Shown: positions 12,505 to 25,772, numbered from the stretch's first letter. The stretch: 64,000 bases of DNA from Rhynchobatus australiae (GCA_034780895.1 JAUZTB010000069.1:17265374-17329373); one strand, 5' to 3'. Notes: generated by a model not told the origin, from the sequence alone. A program made the numbers and translations.

Positions 12505-13360
12505 AAAAATAGAAAAAGCCAGAAGCAGGTTAGGCACTAGTATCTATGTAGGGAGAAACAAAATTAATGGTTCAGACCAATGACCCTTCCTCAGAATTGG
12601 AAATGTAAGGAAAAAAAATGCATCTTAAGTTCAAAGAGGGGGAGTGATGGAGAGCCGGGAGAAATGTCCGATGGGTGCAGAGCAAAGCTGTCAAGGTAAT
12701 CATCATTTTAAATACCAACAGTTAGAGACGAAAGAAAAAAAACAAAGCACAAATTGTAAGAAAAATATTCAATTTCTGTGAAGAGAAGAGTGGGGTTGGG
12801 GTTAAATAAGCTGCTTACCTGAAATTTTTTAATTTTCTATTTGGTCCTGAGAGCTGTGGTGGCCCAGACAAAAGAACTTGCTTTGGAACAGTGTAGGTGG
12901 TCAAAGGGACAGAAAATTAAAGTAACAGGCAGCCCTTATGTCAGAACAGCTGATTTGGAAAATCTTGTCATCAGAGCTGATACAACAGAGCTGGGATGAC
13001 TGGGAGAATAGAATGAAGACCTTTCAGTAAGCTGGGTTGGAGGAAGTGTAGTCCAATTTGCTGCAAGAATCTGTGAGCTGGGCTTGTAAGTGATATTGGT
13101 TACTAACCATCATCTCCTGAGATAGAAATGTCAAGATAGGGAATGGAAGATATGGACTATGTGAAAATGAAAGCATGGTGGAAATTGGCAGTAAACTTTG
13201 TGAAATTTTTGAGTTCTTTACATGTACAGGAAGCAGCACCAATATANNNNNNNNNNNNNNNNAAAGTTATGAGAAAGGGCTTGAATAGGACTGAAATAAG
13301 AACTAGATCACATATCCCATGAAGTCATGGGCACAACTTGACCCCATAGCTACACCTTAA
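12505..13360 (-). mobile_element. Degenerate, internally deleted Penelope-like retroelement
   Basis: Minus strand ggtgtagctatgggg (GVAMG RT motif) near 13341-13357, decayed ORF C-terminus near 12810-12897, hammerhead-like terminus near 12560-12600. Confidence 0.6.
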
Positions 13361-13451
13361 CCAGTCATCCTTCAGCAAACATGTTGTCACGTAAGCACTG
13401 GATATCTGATTCATACACATTGTTCCAGGAAGGATTAGGCCTTCCTCATCT

Positions 13452-13550
13452 TTTATATTTTTATATATGTATAAAAATTATATATATATATGTATCATTT
13501 ATATATTATAACACAATGTAATATATAATATTATAATATAATATATCATT
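13452..13550. repeat. AT-rich degenerate (TA)n/(TAA)n low-complexity tract
   Basis: Visible in sequence. Confidence 0.8.
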
Positions 13551-14421
13551 CATATTGCCCTGACCCCACTTCCCTCCTGTCCCCCACATCCTACTTCAAC
13601 TCTTTGTAGCCATAGGCGTTGACAGGACAGGCAGTAGGCTGTCTAATACAGCATTTGGTTTGGAAAAAAGGGTCTGTAGCAGAATTGGTGGGTGACAGAG
13701 GGGAAATAGGTGATCATGTGGTCCAACTTCCAAGGCTTCAATGTGGTGGGCTAGGAATCTGAGGCAAAATGTCGGCCATGTATTATTTGTACAAGGAAAT
13801 GTAGACTGCTTTAGTTTTGTTTTGAGTATTATTTGGGGAGAGGAGCTCAANNNNNNNNNNNTTTTTTTTTTAATTTTATTTCCCCCCCCCCCCCCCCATT
13901 TAAAGCATTAAATTTCTGTGCTATTTCAAGGTTGTGTTATCATTTGTGTTAATGATGATTAAGTAACATTTAGTTTGTATTAAGACTAGACTTGAACTTT
14001 GCAACCTGCTATTGGTTTTATTGTCTCATATTTTGGTATTTGTGCAAATGAAGGTGTATTTACAAGGACAGAAAATGCCCTGGTGTGATTTTTCTTCAAA
14101 AGTTAATATATTTAGGCCAATGTTCCATGAGGGCAAAAATAGTTGAGGATAGTTCGTATGAATAGTTTATCTTGTTGATTTCCTATCTTAACACAGTATT
14201 TACTTAAATACTGCGTCAAAATAGTATTGGGCACAATTTGATAGAATCAATTGAAAGAGAACATTTGTAATTTATCTCTTGTTTAAATCCACATTGGACA
14301 TGTACTGAATACATTTTTGTGATTCAAACCATATTGATATAATGGCTACATTAGTTTGTATTCAACTTTCATTTTCTGTATTTTGTCACTAAAAAGACTT
14401 GTAATTTATTTTCACCCAAAG

Positions 14422-14457
14422 GATGAAGCTGATTCAAAAACTGCATCTCCATGGAAG
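14422..14457 (+). CDS. SPTAN1: SPTAN1 36-nt exon (DEADSKTASPWK), caspase site and start of calmodulin-binding segment
   Basis: aag/gtatga; matches mammalian DETDSKTASPWK. Confidence 0.95.
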
Positions 14458-16304
14458 GTATGAATTTCCTTTTCAAGGATTGTGTGCTATTTTCCTGAAA
14501 AAAGACCTGGTTTGTACTATTTTTTTCATTTGTCAGAGGCCAACAGTAGTTGTAATTCTACCAGATAAAATTCATTTTTTTATGTGGCCTCTTTCAAAAT
14601 TTTCTTCCAACTCTGCTTCAGCCAAGGCCACTGTTTTACAGTGACTGGAGGGGGGAGAAAGTGGATATTTTTATTCTTTTATACTGGTCTTTAATCATTT
14701 CTTTCAAATGTTCGAAAGTTGTATATTGGTAGCTTTGCTTATTGCTTATTAAATTTTGCCATTAGTATGGACTACAAGGCCTGAAATACCCTTGATGAAT
14801 TTCATCTTGACATCTTGCTGTCATTCAATCTATTTCTTTAGGATAAATTGCTGTACAGACAAAGTAAAAGTGAAGACACTTCTGTTGGTAGCTNNNNNNN
14901 NNNAAGATTCTGAAGGGAGGTGGTGATAATCTAATTTCTGTAGGAATAGTCAGCAACTCTTTAGTTGAGCGAATCTCTTTCATAAACAGGAATTACACCA
15001 TCATCCCAAAATGCTAAGCAGTATTTTAGGCACTTGTAATTCTTTCAGTCATGACTACAAACTTCTGTTTTTTTTAAAAAAAACCTAGATTTTCAATGAC
15101 TGCTTACTAATAATTTTACCTATTACTTTCTCATTTCTGTTGTGATACAGTCCTGTTCACAGAAGCACATGATCCAATTTTTATGAATAATTGCTTTTGT
15201 CCTTTCAACACAATTTTTTTTCATCTTGGATGTTTTCATCTGTACCAGCTGTACAGATTTGAAAGTTTTAAGTACTGCTACAGGAAGTGGCTGTGTTAAA
15301 TATTAGAGATACATATAAGGTGAAGCTAGATCAATAGAGAAGCTAGATCAATAAGAGAAAAAAAAATAGTTGGCTATGCTGCTACGTTCACATGAAGAGG
15401 GGTGGGACGTGGCATGTGTGGACCCTGGATTAGTTGGGCTTAATGGCCTCTGTTTGTTCTCTGCCTTGTATGCATTTTTGTTAACCTCCCAGGAATATTT
15501 TGATGTTACAGTGATATTTAAATTTAAGGAACATATTAAGGTTGCTTCGTTAGGTTTGAGATGTTTTTGTCCTTTTTTTCTTTCTCCTTCGTTCAGTTAT
15601 AGAAGGGGAGTAACATTAAAATACCTAGTGACCTTCACTGTAAAGTGAACATCTCATGGTGTAAGTGAGCTCTGCTCCAATAATCTCAGTGTTTGGCTAG
15701 TTTGGTCCATGTCTAGCTTTATATACAAAAATGAACTCTTGAGTGTTTTTGTTTGTGAGAACATTTTCCAGCAAAACTATATGTCATATGGAAAGAAGGG
15801 AAAGAAATTAAGAAGCGCTTGATGACTAAGTACCACACAGTATCTTGCAGTACTGTAAACTTAAGCACAATTGAATCTTCTATTTGCCTCCAACTTAAGA
15901 CTAAGGAACTGGCAAAACTGTTGACTTTTCTTTGCAAATCAAAACATTAAAATGCTTTTATTTGTGGAAGAGCTCCCATATTTTGTTATTCCCATCTAAT
16001 CATTACACATGTCTACCTTAACCTGGTGCTTGTGATTCATAATTCATCGTGACTTTGGCCTAGAAAGGGTTTATTAATTGTCAATATAGATAGGTTCATG
16101 GTGTGGGGTAGAACCTGTATTTCCCATTCTGCATTGGCTCATGCAGCCTACAGAAGAGTCTAAATGAATTGATGTTGATCTCTTGTATGCCATGTTCTGT
16201 TGGTTGGAAATGAGGATATTTCTAATTTTAACATTTTCTCTTCAATAACTGATGGATCGTGATTGGTTTGGTTTTCTGCTGCTGTGATTCATCATGGCGA
16301 TTAG

Positions 16305-16352
16305 ACTGCACGACTGATGATGCAAACGGTGACTAACTTTAATGCCATCAAG
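16305..16352 (+). CDS. SPTAN1: SPTAN1 48-nt exon (TARLMMQTVTNFNAIK), calmodulin-binding segment
   Basis: ttag/gtgaga; matches mammalian SARLMVHTVATFNSIK. Confidence 0.92.
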
Positions 16353-17393
16353 GTGAGAACTGATGGATCTTCTGCTTTCTGTCACTACCCCTTATGTTTC
16401 ACATGCAGTGCTGGGCTTCTCATTGTACTACGTTCATTTGTTGAAAGTGCACTGCTGTACTGTGATTTTGGTTACCTGCACCTGTGGTCCAGCTACAATA
16501 CTGTGCTCTTCTCATACTTCATCCGTATTGCACAATAAGCTTGTCATGTATTGCAAAAGACTTTGGAACATGTGCCAATTTTTAAACTGAGCTGAATTGC
16601 TGAGTAATAGTGAAATTGAGTCTTGGTGTCATAAGTTAACCCTTTGCATTGATTGTGCTTTTTCTGTGCATATGTATTAATTTTGCAACATCATTGAGAA
16701 GTAGCTGTACTTCAGGGGTATAGAAGTAAAATGTTTAAACATAATATGTAAGAGCATTTCTATGAAAAGGATTATGGCAAATATAAAATCCTAGAAATTA
16801 TCACACAGTCTACAAGGTGAATTTATGATGTAGCTGACTGTCCCACACAAAAATACTACTCTGCATTAAGGATATTTGGTCTGAGTATTCATTGTAGATA
16901 AGTGGAAGCCAATGGGCATGCACAGAGACTTTAATCAACAATGCTCAATTAATGTCACTTTCATATGCTTCTCATGAACTGAATAGGCTCTAAGTCACTG
17001 AAGTAGGTCCTAACCAGCAAGTTGAAACTTGCTTCTAGATAATAAGGCCTACACCCATCAGCTTCCATCCATCCCCTCCTGTGCTATGGTTCTATGGCAC
17101 CTTGAAGCTTTCCTCAAACTTGAGCTCATCCCGTTCGCCACCTTCTTGCTTCCATCCTTACATTTCCTCCAACAAATGAAAGTCCTGATGATGATCAGTG
17201 CAAGGACAATAAAGGTTCCTGTGATTGAAGTGGAAGATCTAGCGGAAATGAAATTTTAATAAATCAAACACCTATATCTAGATCCTTGAATTATATGTTT
17301 AAAATATAATAGTTTAAGCTATTGAAAGGATTAAATCTGTAGTGATATTTCTGTCAAGATTTGGTTGATTTTTATCTTTCTATTTTTTGTCAG

Positions 17394-17485
17394 GAACTGA
17401 ATGAACGCTGGAAGTCACTGCAACAACTGGCTGAGGAACGCAGCCAGATCTTGGGAAGTGCACATGAGGTACAGAGATTCCACAG
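17394..17485 (+). CDS. SPTAN1: SPTAN1 exon ([31 protein letters not shown])
   Basis: tgtcag/gtgagt. Confidence 0.96.
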
Positions 17486-17659
17486 GTGAGTAGCTGTGTT
17501 AGATTAAGAGGATTGAAATGCAGGGTTCTGTTGTATTTGCATTCTTTTTTTTAACTGCAAGTCTATTTAAAAATTCAATTTAATTTAGTAAGGTTGACTT
17601 AACAGTTATTTCTGTGCAGATTAATAATTGTTTAAAATATTTATATTATTATCTTGCAG

Positions 17660-17804
17660 AGATGCTGATGAAACCAAGGAATGGATTGAAGAGAAAAACC
17701 AAGCTCTGAACACAGATAATTATGGACATGACCTAGCAAGTGTCCAGGCTCTGCAGCGCAAACATNNNNNNNNNNNNNNNNNNNNNNNNNNNNTCGGAGA
17801 TAAA
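17660..17804 (+). CDS. SPTAN1: SPTAN1 exon ([12 protein letters not shown]...QRKH-gap-GDK), 28 N internal
   Basis: ttgcag/gtgagc; the 28-N gap keeps frame and fits the expected 10 codons. Confidence 0.94.
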
Positions 17805-18762
17805 GTGAGCTATAATTTTGGTCTGTTTAAAAATATCACGGTCTGTAATTCTTTCAGAAAATAGTTTGTTCCTGCCATACTCAATGGGAGGCTTATTTGG
17901 CCAAATGCATTTAATTGCCAAAACTTCCAGGATGCATTTAACAAGCTATTTATAACTATCCGTTCATGTTGAAGTTGTCTGGGTATTGCAAAATTAAAGG
18001 CTTTCAAAATTGCATGAATTTAATTATGATTCGCTTAAAATTAAATAAACTCTATGTTGGGATCTTCTGTACATAGCCTAAGATCTTTCCAGCTGTTCAG
18101 TTATTATTTATTTGGAAATGGCTTTTGAATATTTTTGTGTTGATGACACCCCCATTTTCCTGTGGACCATCTTTTAATTTCAGAACAAAAAAATGGTGTA
18201 TCAATTGGCCAAAGAAATTTGCACTAAGTTGTAAAAATAAACTAGTGAATCAACTAAAACAAATGGATTTCTTTTGACACTGCTGAGGACAGAAGATAAA
18301 ACCTATATCAGATGGGTGGAAATCATTAACAAACCAATTGCCCTTTTCAGTATACCAAGAGAAAGAAAATAAGTGATGTGTCATGTGGTGAAATCAGGAT
18401 GATCAGCAGTGCAGCATGGTAATAGGGTACATTGTCTTTACTATAGCCATGTGACTTCTTAAAACAGCAGTACTAATTCATCTGNNNNNNNNNNNNNNNN
18501 NNNNNNNNNNNNNNNNNNNNNNNNNNNNNNNNNNNNNNNNNNNNNNNNNNNNNNNNNNNNNNNNNNNNNNNNNNNNNNNNNNNNNNNNNNNNNNNNNNNN
18601 NNNNNNNNNNNNNNNNNNNNNNNNNNNNNNNNNNNNNNNNNNNNNNNNNNNNNNNNNNNNNNNNNNNNNNNNNNNNNNNNNNNNNNNNNNNNNNNNNNNN
18701 NNNNNNNNNNNNNNNNNNNNNNNNNNNNNNNNNNNNNNNNNNNNNNNNNNNNNNNNNNNNNN

Positions 18763-18841
18763 ATCTGGTGGAGCGTGCTGACCAGCGTAAAGGAAAATTG
18801 AATGACTCTCATGACCTGCAGCGTTTCTTGAGTGATTTCAG
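18763..18841 (+). CDS. SPTAN1: SPTAN1 exon, 3' part only (LVERADQRKGKLNDSHDLQRFLSDFR); 5' part in gap 18485-18762
   Basis: Donor ag|gtaata; translation after the gap. Confidence 0.92.
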
Positions 18842-19129
18842 GTAATATAGGCACTCTAGCCTTTCTCTGTAAGGTGCAAGTTGAGGATTATTTTGTTACT
18901 TGTTACCAGTGCATAGATGTCTGGGGGAACTACAAACAGAGCACCAAACTGCAACACGCTAAAGGTTTCCCTTTGCTGCTGCCAAGTGATTACATGTTGA
19001 CTGTCAGGGGTCTCTCAAGTACCAACTCTCACTAAAAGTAATAGTTTGCACTGGGATTTACTATGCATCTATTTCTGGAGGAAAGGTGTGAGCACAAAAT
19101 GTTGAGTCTTCATGAAGCAGTAAGAATAA

Positions 19130-19520
19130 TTTTATTTTGGCAGCAGGAATAGGCTATTTAGCCCCACAAACCTGTTCCTCTAGTAAGTAAGGTTATAATT
19201 AATGTGTGACCCAACTTAAAATACCAGTCTTTGCCCCATCTCTTAAAATCCCTTTGGCTAATAAAAATCTGTTGAGTTCACATTTAAAACCTAGTATCAA
19301 TTGTCTCGTGGAAGAGTTTCAGCATGTGTAGAAATGTTACCTGAAATGCATAGGTCTAATTTTTCGACTGTTATTTGATGCTAGCTCCCCAACAAATGAA
19401 AAATGGTTTCTCTCTGTCTACTCTGTTAGTTCCCCTTTAATACTCATGAAAATCTGGATCATATCAGTCTTAACCTTCTAAATTCAAGAGAATATAACCT
19501 CAGTTTATGTAATTTCCTTG
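19130..19520 (-). mobile_element. Old CR1-like 3' fragment
   Basis: gcaggaataggctatttagccc tail followed by decayed ORF2 end. Confidence 0.55.
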
Positions 19521-19557
19521 GAGGTTATGGTTAACCTGCCCAATTACTGTTTTACAG

Positions 19558-19657
19558 AGACCTTATGTCTTGGATAAATGGAATCCGAGGATTGGTATCT
19601 TCAGAGGAACTCGCCAAGGATGTAACAGGAGCAGAAGCCCTTTTGGAGAGACATCAG
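19558..19657 (+). CDS. SPTAN1: SPTAN1 exon ([33 protein letters not shown])
   Basis: ttacag/gtgatt. Confidence 0.96.
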
Positions 19658-20492
19658 GTGATTTAAAAATCTAAACTGATTCTTTTCCAAAATTAGTGGT
19701 AGAAGGTCATTGGAAATATCTTTATTCTATTACTCAAAAGAAGAGTTTAACTTTTGAAGTCCACTTGTTGGCCGACAGATAAATGCTTTAACTAGAGCTT
19801 GGCAATGTTAAAAATCATATATGGAAATTGACCAATGCTACATCAGATACTGGTTCTGAATGAAAATTATGATGTTCAAAAATGTATGATTTGCATCAGT
19901 GATATGCTTGCCATTCTGAGTTTTTATTCAACGTAAACGTGTTGGAAGTAATATTAACTTTTTGTTTTGCAAACGTGTCTACAATTGTTCTTGATCAATC
20001 ATACCAGTTTTATAAATACTAATATCATGGTTTCAACACTAATAAGAGGAAATATTGTTAATGCCTGTGCAGTACTTGTAACCTTTGTTGAATGTTCAAT
20101 AAGATTTAATAAAAGTCGTTCTTTTCCCTATATTTGGTAATTTTCAGACCACTTCTTATTTGGTAGATCTGCAACAATCCTGTTCAGAAAAATATCTCAT
20201 TATGATTTGCTAATGTTTCTGATTTTCTGTTCCTTTATTTCTTAAAGGGAGTTCCATATTGTTGCACCCATTGGATACTGAGTACACTTATTAGGAGTTT
20301 CTATGCCCCTTTTTATTTTACTGGATAGAAAATCAGTGACTTGAGATATGTGATTTCATGCTGTGTGCTCTTGGTGTGCAGCAGGAATGCTGCTTGAGGA
20401 AATCCAAACTATGAAAGAATTTTACACATGTAATATTTAACTCTTAACTATGCTTTATTTCTGTCACTTCTCTTACCCTTGGGGTGCTACAG

Positions 20493-20690
20493 GAACATCG
20501 TACTGAGATTGATGCTAGGGCGGGCACATTCCAGGCATTTGAACAGTTTGGACATCAGCTCCTGGCTCGTGGGCACTATGCTTGCCCTGAAATTAGGGAG
20601 AAATTGGATATCCTGGAGCGTGAACGTGCAGATTTGGAGAAGGCCTGGATCCAGCGCAGAATGATGTTGGATCAGTGTCTGGAGTTGCAG
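20493..20690 (+). CDS. SPTAN1: SPTAN1 exon (EHRTEIDARAGTF...DQCLELQ)
   Basis: tacag/gtaatg; ORF 20484..20720. Confidence 0.96.
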
Positions 20691-21755
20691 GTAATGAAAC
20701 TGCAACATATTTTGACGTAATTAAATTATAGTTGATGGACTAAATTTGTGGTAGGGAGTTTTGCTACTGTGGCTAAGATCTCATTTGAAATTTGTTAATT
20801 TCGTTATTCAAGGCAGAAAAGTGAATCTTTTGATTCTTGTAGATTTAGAACGAGCTGATTTGCTTCTCACTGCACTTAGAATTCTGGTGCAGTCTGTGCC
20901 GTGACATTACTGAGTTGGAGAAGGTTAATCAGTTTGTAGCATAGCTGGAGAATGTCATTGCGTTCCTCTCTTTATTGGATTGATTTTGTTTTCAGTTGAT
21001 GCCTTATTAAATAATGTGAATGGCACAGCCATGGTGAGGGGAACAGAAAGTGGAATTTAAATTGGTGTTTTGAAGTTTTATCAAGGAGCAGAACAAAAAG
21101 TTAATGACAAATGTGACCGGCTGTTGGTCCAGCTAATGTTCAATCATGAATCGTGGTATTCCTCAGTTTGTTTTTTGAATACCTTCAGAAATTCTTTTAG
21201 CATTCACCATTCTGAATGATTATATTGGTCTCAGTTTGCATAAAGTAGTGTTTTTTTTCTATTTTATCTGCTACTACCATCTTTCCATGTAAATTTCAGA
21301 TCTGTGGTTTCTGGTTACAGACTCTATGTATTTACTGAATTTATTGTTTTATTATATCCTTGTCCTCTCGTAGTTTATTAGTGCTTGGGTTAAACTTTTC
21401 GTATTTACACCTGAACTTGGCTTTTCTAACCCTAACCTTGCTTCTAGTCTTTGATTCTCTGCACTTTAATTACTGCCAGCAGATTGAGCTAATAGATTTT
21501 GTAAATGTTCAAAAGCCAGCAAAGCTATAGTCATTTCAGGAAGTAAATACTGTATTTGACATATTTGGAAATAGCTTTAGACCTGCACTGTTGCAGTAGT
21601 CATTTTTAACCATTGTACTGTGAGAATTAAAGTAACAAACACTGTATGTACATGAGAATTTGTCAAAAACATTCATGGGTTTGTGTCTGCAGAAATGTTG
21701 ATGTGATATTCTTGTACTCTTGCTCTTCCTTACCGTTCTTTTCTCCTCTTGGTAG

Positions 21756-21902
21756 TTGTTTAACCGTGACTGTGAACAGGCTGAGAATTGGATGGCAGCA
21801 CGTGAAGCATTCTTGGCCAGTGATGACAAAGGTGATTCCCTGGACAGTGTGGAAGCCCTCATCAAGAAACATGAAGATTTTGATAAAGCCATTACTGTGC
21901 AG
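21756..21902 (+). CDS. SPTAN1: SPTAN1 exon ([13 protein letters not shown]...DFDKAITVQ)
   Basis: ggtag/gtaact. Confidence 0.96.
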
Positions 21903-22129
21903 GTAACTTGGGGAAATAAATCTGCTGCATCATGACAATTTATTTAATTTAATCTGCATTTACTTGGCCTAATAAGTTGGAAATAATATAGGGGTTAAAC
22001 ATATTAGTACTTTATCTCTATATCAAAGCAAGGATGTATGAACAGAAACACATTGGCGAGGAGTATTATATTTTCGGAATTGGTCAGCATTGATCTTGAG
22101 AAGGAAAGAATGAGAAAGGAACTGCCTGT

Positions 22130-22497
22130 TTCCTCCAGAGTTTAAATGAGTGAGAGGTAATATTATCAAATCTTGCATGGCATCAACAGTTGGAAGGAGA
22201 GGGGATGTTTTCCCTGATTAGACTTGAGAACCAGTAGTCATGGTCTCAAAATAAGGGGTAGGCCACAATGGGCTATGGTAATGAGAAATTACTTGGAGAG
22301 TGATGAATATTTAGAATTCCCTGTTCCAGAGGGCTGTGGAGACTTAGTTGCTGAGTTCATTTAAAACAGAAATGGATAACTTTCTGGATAATGAGGGAAT
22401 TGAGGGATATGGGGACAGAGCAGGGAAATGGAGCTGAAGGAGGAAATCAGGCAGAGTGGTCCTGAAGGCCAGATAACCTACTCCTGCACTTTTGTTA
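22130..22497 (+). mobile_element. CR1-type LINE 3' end
   Basis: agaaccagtagtcatggtctcaaaataagggg...gagggatatggggacagagcaggg...cctactcctgc. Confidence 0.75.
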
Positions 22498-23342
22498 TTA
22501 TATAACTGAAAACTATACTGGTAGACACATATAATACTTGATCTTGATATAATACTTGCCAAAAGGTGTTTGAAACAAAGATCTTTTGAAAGTGAAGAGA
22601 CAGTAATAGAGCAAAGCAGGGATTTGGAAGAGAATTCCAATATGCAGTGGCATGAATACTTAAAAGCTGAAGAATTGGAATTTTGTAAGGATTAGAAAAT
22701 TGCTTTTATTGATTTTTTTTTCCCCTGGTTCTGGTAATCACTTTAATGATTTTCCAGATAGAAACAGATTATTTGTCTTCATATCAATACAGTGACACCC
22801 AGTGGCTCGAATTGGATATTAAACACAATTCATCTTCAGTCAGGGCTATTCGTCTTTTGGCTTTTCGTCTTTTGACTATTACTACACCTCATCTTCAATG
22901 AGAACCATTTAGATATTTAGCATGAACCCTTGTTGATTGTGTTCTGCAGATACTAACAGATCTAGATACTGTGATATAAAATTTAACTGTCACTAAGGCA
23001 TAGAACATAAAAATAGCTTTCTTCAAATCACCTGGCTCACATTATCAAATGTAACAAATTAATATATTGAAAATGAGTGGAAATAAAGTCAAGATGCTTG
23101 GGCCACTTGGCCTACAAGGGGAAAAAGATGTGGTTAATCACCAGAAAATGCAATTTTAAATCAATATTGTATGCAAGTCTTGTGGCTTATTTTCACCACT
23201 AAACTGTAAGTGATGAGATGGCATTCTTTGATAACCCTACATATTCTGATCAATAGTACTTAGCCATGTGTGAATTGGGAGAAGTTCCTGGTTGAAAGCT
23301 GCCTGAAATTTGGCTCATTCTTGTTTTCTCTACTTGGGATAG

Positions 23343-23446
23343 GAGGAGAAAATTGCAGCACTGCAAGCCTTTGCTGATCAGCTGATTGGTTCTGAACATT
23401 ATGCAAAGGGAGATATTTCAAAACGTCGCAATGAGGTATTAGATAG
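23343..23446 (+). CDS. SPTAN1: SPTAN1 exon (EEKIAALQAFADQLIGSEHYAKGDISKRRNEVLDR)
   Basis: gatag/gtgagt. Confidence 0.95.
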
Positions 23447-24391
23447 GTGAGTGATTAGTGTGTGAGATCTTGAATCAAGTAATTTTGGATTTCTCTAGTA
23501 AAAGAAGTTGGGTTCTTTTACAGAAACGAATTAAGCAATTTAAAACTCTTTTCTCCAATGTATTTGCATTGGTACTATCACAAATGGGCTTGTGATAATG
23601 CCAAAAATGAATGCTTGCACTTGAACAGCAGTGGGGTCTGTATTGCTAAATCATAGGTAAACCTGAGTGCAAGAATCACACAGGGTAGGTTTCCAATCCT
23701 AGCAGAGCCAAGTAATGCTTCCTCTTGAAGGAAGTAATTTTTTTTGTTTGTGACTTGGTCATCAACAATGCTGAAGGACGTAGTGGGTCTTGAATGGTCC
23801 ATCTCTGTGGATCAATAAAGGCAGAATGTTATCAATAATGGCTTTTCTCCTTATAATCTCCCATAGTCTCCAAATGTACTTCCACCTCCACTCTTTATCC
23901 ATGACTTTGTTTCCTTGCTGCTGTCACCTGACAGCATACATGGATACAAATCAGGAGCAGGTGTTGCCACTCAGCCCCTGAAACAGCTCCACCAGCTTCT
24001 GATTATAACCTTGGATCCAATTTGTCCAATCTTTCATCAGAAGTCACCCTGCTCTTTGCATATATCAGTCTAGTAACCCTTTGAACTGGTTCCTGTGCAT
24101 TTACATCCTTAAAATAAGGAAATAAATGATATGTACAGATGTGGTCTAGTCAGTTCCCCAGATAACTAAGGCATAACCTCCTTACGTTTGTATTCCATTC
24201 CCCTCACAAATAATAAAATTCTGTAATCACTTGCTATACTTGCATGCTAGTGTTTTTCACAAATAGGCACCAGGACACCATTACTGCTTATTCTCAGTTT
24301 AGAAACAAAGAAATCTGTACAAACTTGAACCAGTTTTCTACATGTGAGAGGTTTTATGCCTTTTTCCCTAATTGTCAAAATGTCTTGATAG

Positions 24392-24554
24392 GTGGCGCCG
24401 CCTGAAAGCTCAGATGATTGAGAAAAGATCAAAGCTTGGGGAATCGCAGACCCTTCAACAATTTAGCCGGGATGTAGATGAAATTGAGGCCTGGATCAGC
24501 GAGAAGCTTCAGACTGCAACTGATGAATCTTACAAAGATCCCACTAACATTCAG
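24392..24554 (+). CDS. SPTAN1: SPTAN1 exon ([12 protein letters not shown]...YKDPTNIQ)
   Basis: gatag/gtaagt; ORF 24372..24797. Confidence 0.96.
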
Positions 24555-25032
24555 GTAAGTAACTTTTGCTTCCTCCTAAACCCCAAGCTTTATAGATTGG
24601 TATTACCTGCTAACAGGACAAGCTACTTGTTTAGACANNNNNNNNNNNNNNNNNNNNNNNNNNNNNNNNNNNNNNNNNNNNNNNNNNNNNNNNNNNNNNN
24701 NNNNNNNNNNNNNNNNNNNNNNNNNNNNNNNNNNNNNAGCTACTTGTTTAGACACGTTTGGTATAGCTGCACCAAAGGAGCAACTAAGAGATGCTGAGCT
24801 GTCTGGACTGTCATTTCATGACTACTTTGTAGGAAAATTTCTTGGCCTCTACCTTCTCATCTTAACACACTTAATACTTGAAAGCTCTCTCTGCTCTGAG
24901 CACTGATCTCTGACCTACCTTTTAAACTGAAGGCCTTTTGGCTTGTTTGTGTTACATGAACAGAAATTTAAATTGAGCTAATTCTTTAACCATTCAATAT
25001 TGATGTAATCTTTTTTCTTAATCTGTTTTTAG

Positions 25033-25047
25033 CTTTCCAAACTGCTG
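25033..25047 (+). CDS. SPTAN1: SPTAN1 15-nt microexon (LSKLL)
   Basis: tttttag|CTTTCCAAACTGCTG|gtaagt; same peptide as the mammalian 5-aa alternative insert. Confidence 0.92.
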
Positions 25048-25772
25048 GTAAGTGACTAGTGGCTTTTGTCTAACTCAGGTTTATGTCTTGTCTTAAGTAC
25101 ATATCTAAATTTGTTCAATTGTGTTTTATAAACATAACCTTTTTCATTTACTGCTTGCAGCTTTACTGAGTGTCTTGTGAGTTTTTAAATTGACACATCT
25201 GTAGTATTGATGTTGCTCTTGGCAATGATATCCTTTCATGTGTCTTTGGTACAACAGGTAATTCTGCTGCCTGTTTGAAGCATTTGGCATTCAGTTTTAA
25301 ATTAACACTAAAAAATTCAGTCAATTGAATGTCCTTGTTGCTGGGAACTGTTGATTGATTATGTTTAGTGTGTGGTCTTCGTCAGTGTTTCACCCTATTT
25401 TCCTAATTGTGATTCCTTCTGAGACCTTATGACTTGCAATGATGGGTTTACCTTGTTTTTGAGGTAAAAGTTGAACTTTGACAATAAAACCAGGTAACAG
25501 CATTGTCAAACATCTGATCCAACATGAACTTTTTTGGCCTTTGCAAATTGCGAAAATAATTCAAAATTCTAACATGTATATGATGTGCACTGTAATTACA
25601 AAGCAGGAAGACTGTGAAATTTCAAGGGAAGAAACAATTTTGATGTCCTTCCAGACTATTGCACCAGTTTAAAGCTGCAAAATACTTTTGTTGTAGATGG
25701 TGTGATGAAAGGCCTCAGAAGGAATCTTTGAATCCTTACTTGTGTAGTGAGTGTTGCATTATTCTTCCACAG

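Noticed and set aside
15322-15355. Short local direct repeats (GAAGCTAGATCAATA x2; also TTCGTCTTTTG x2 at about 22850 and a 30-bp pair at about 38220-38282)
   Set aside because: Ordinary micro-duplications with no intervening element.
20487-21892. Minus-strand ORFs overlapping SPTAN1 exons (also 8036, 29468, 43569, 52316)
   Set aside because: Antisense shadows of coding exons with no recognisable product or splice structure.
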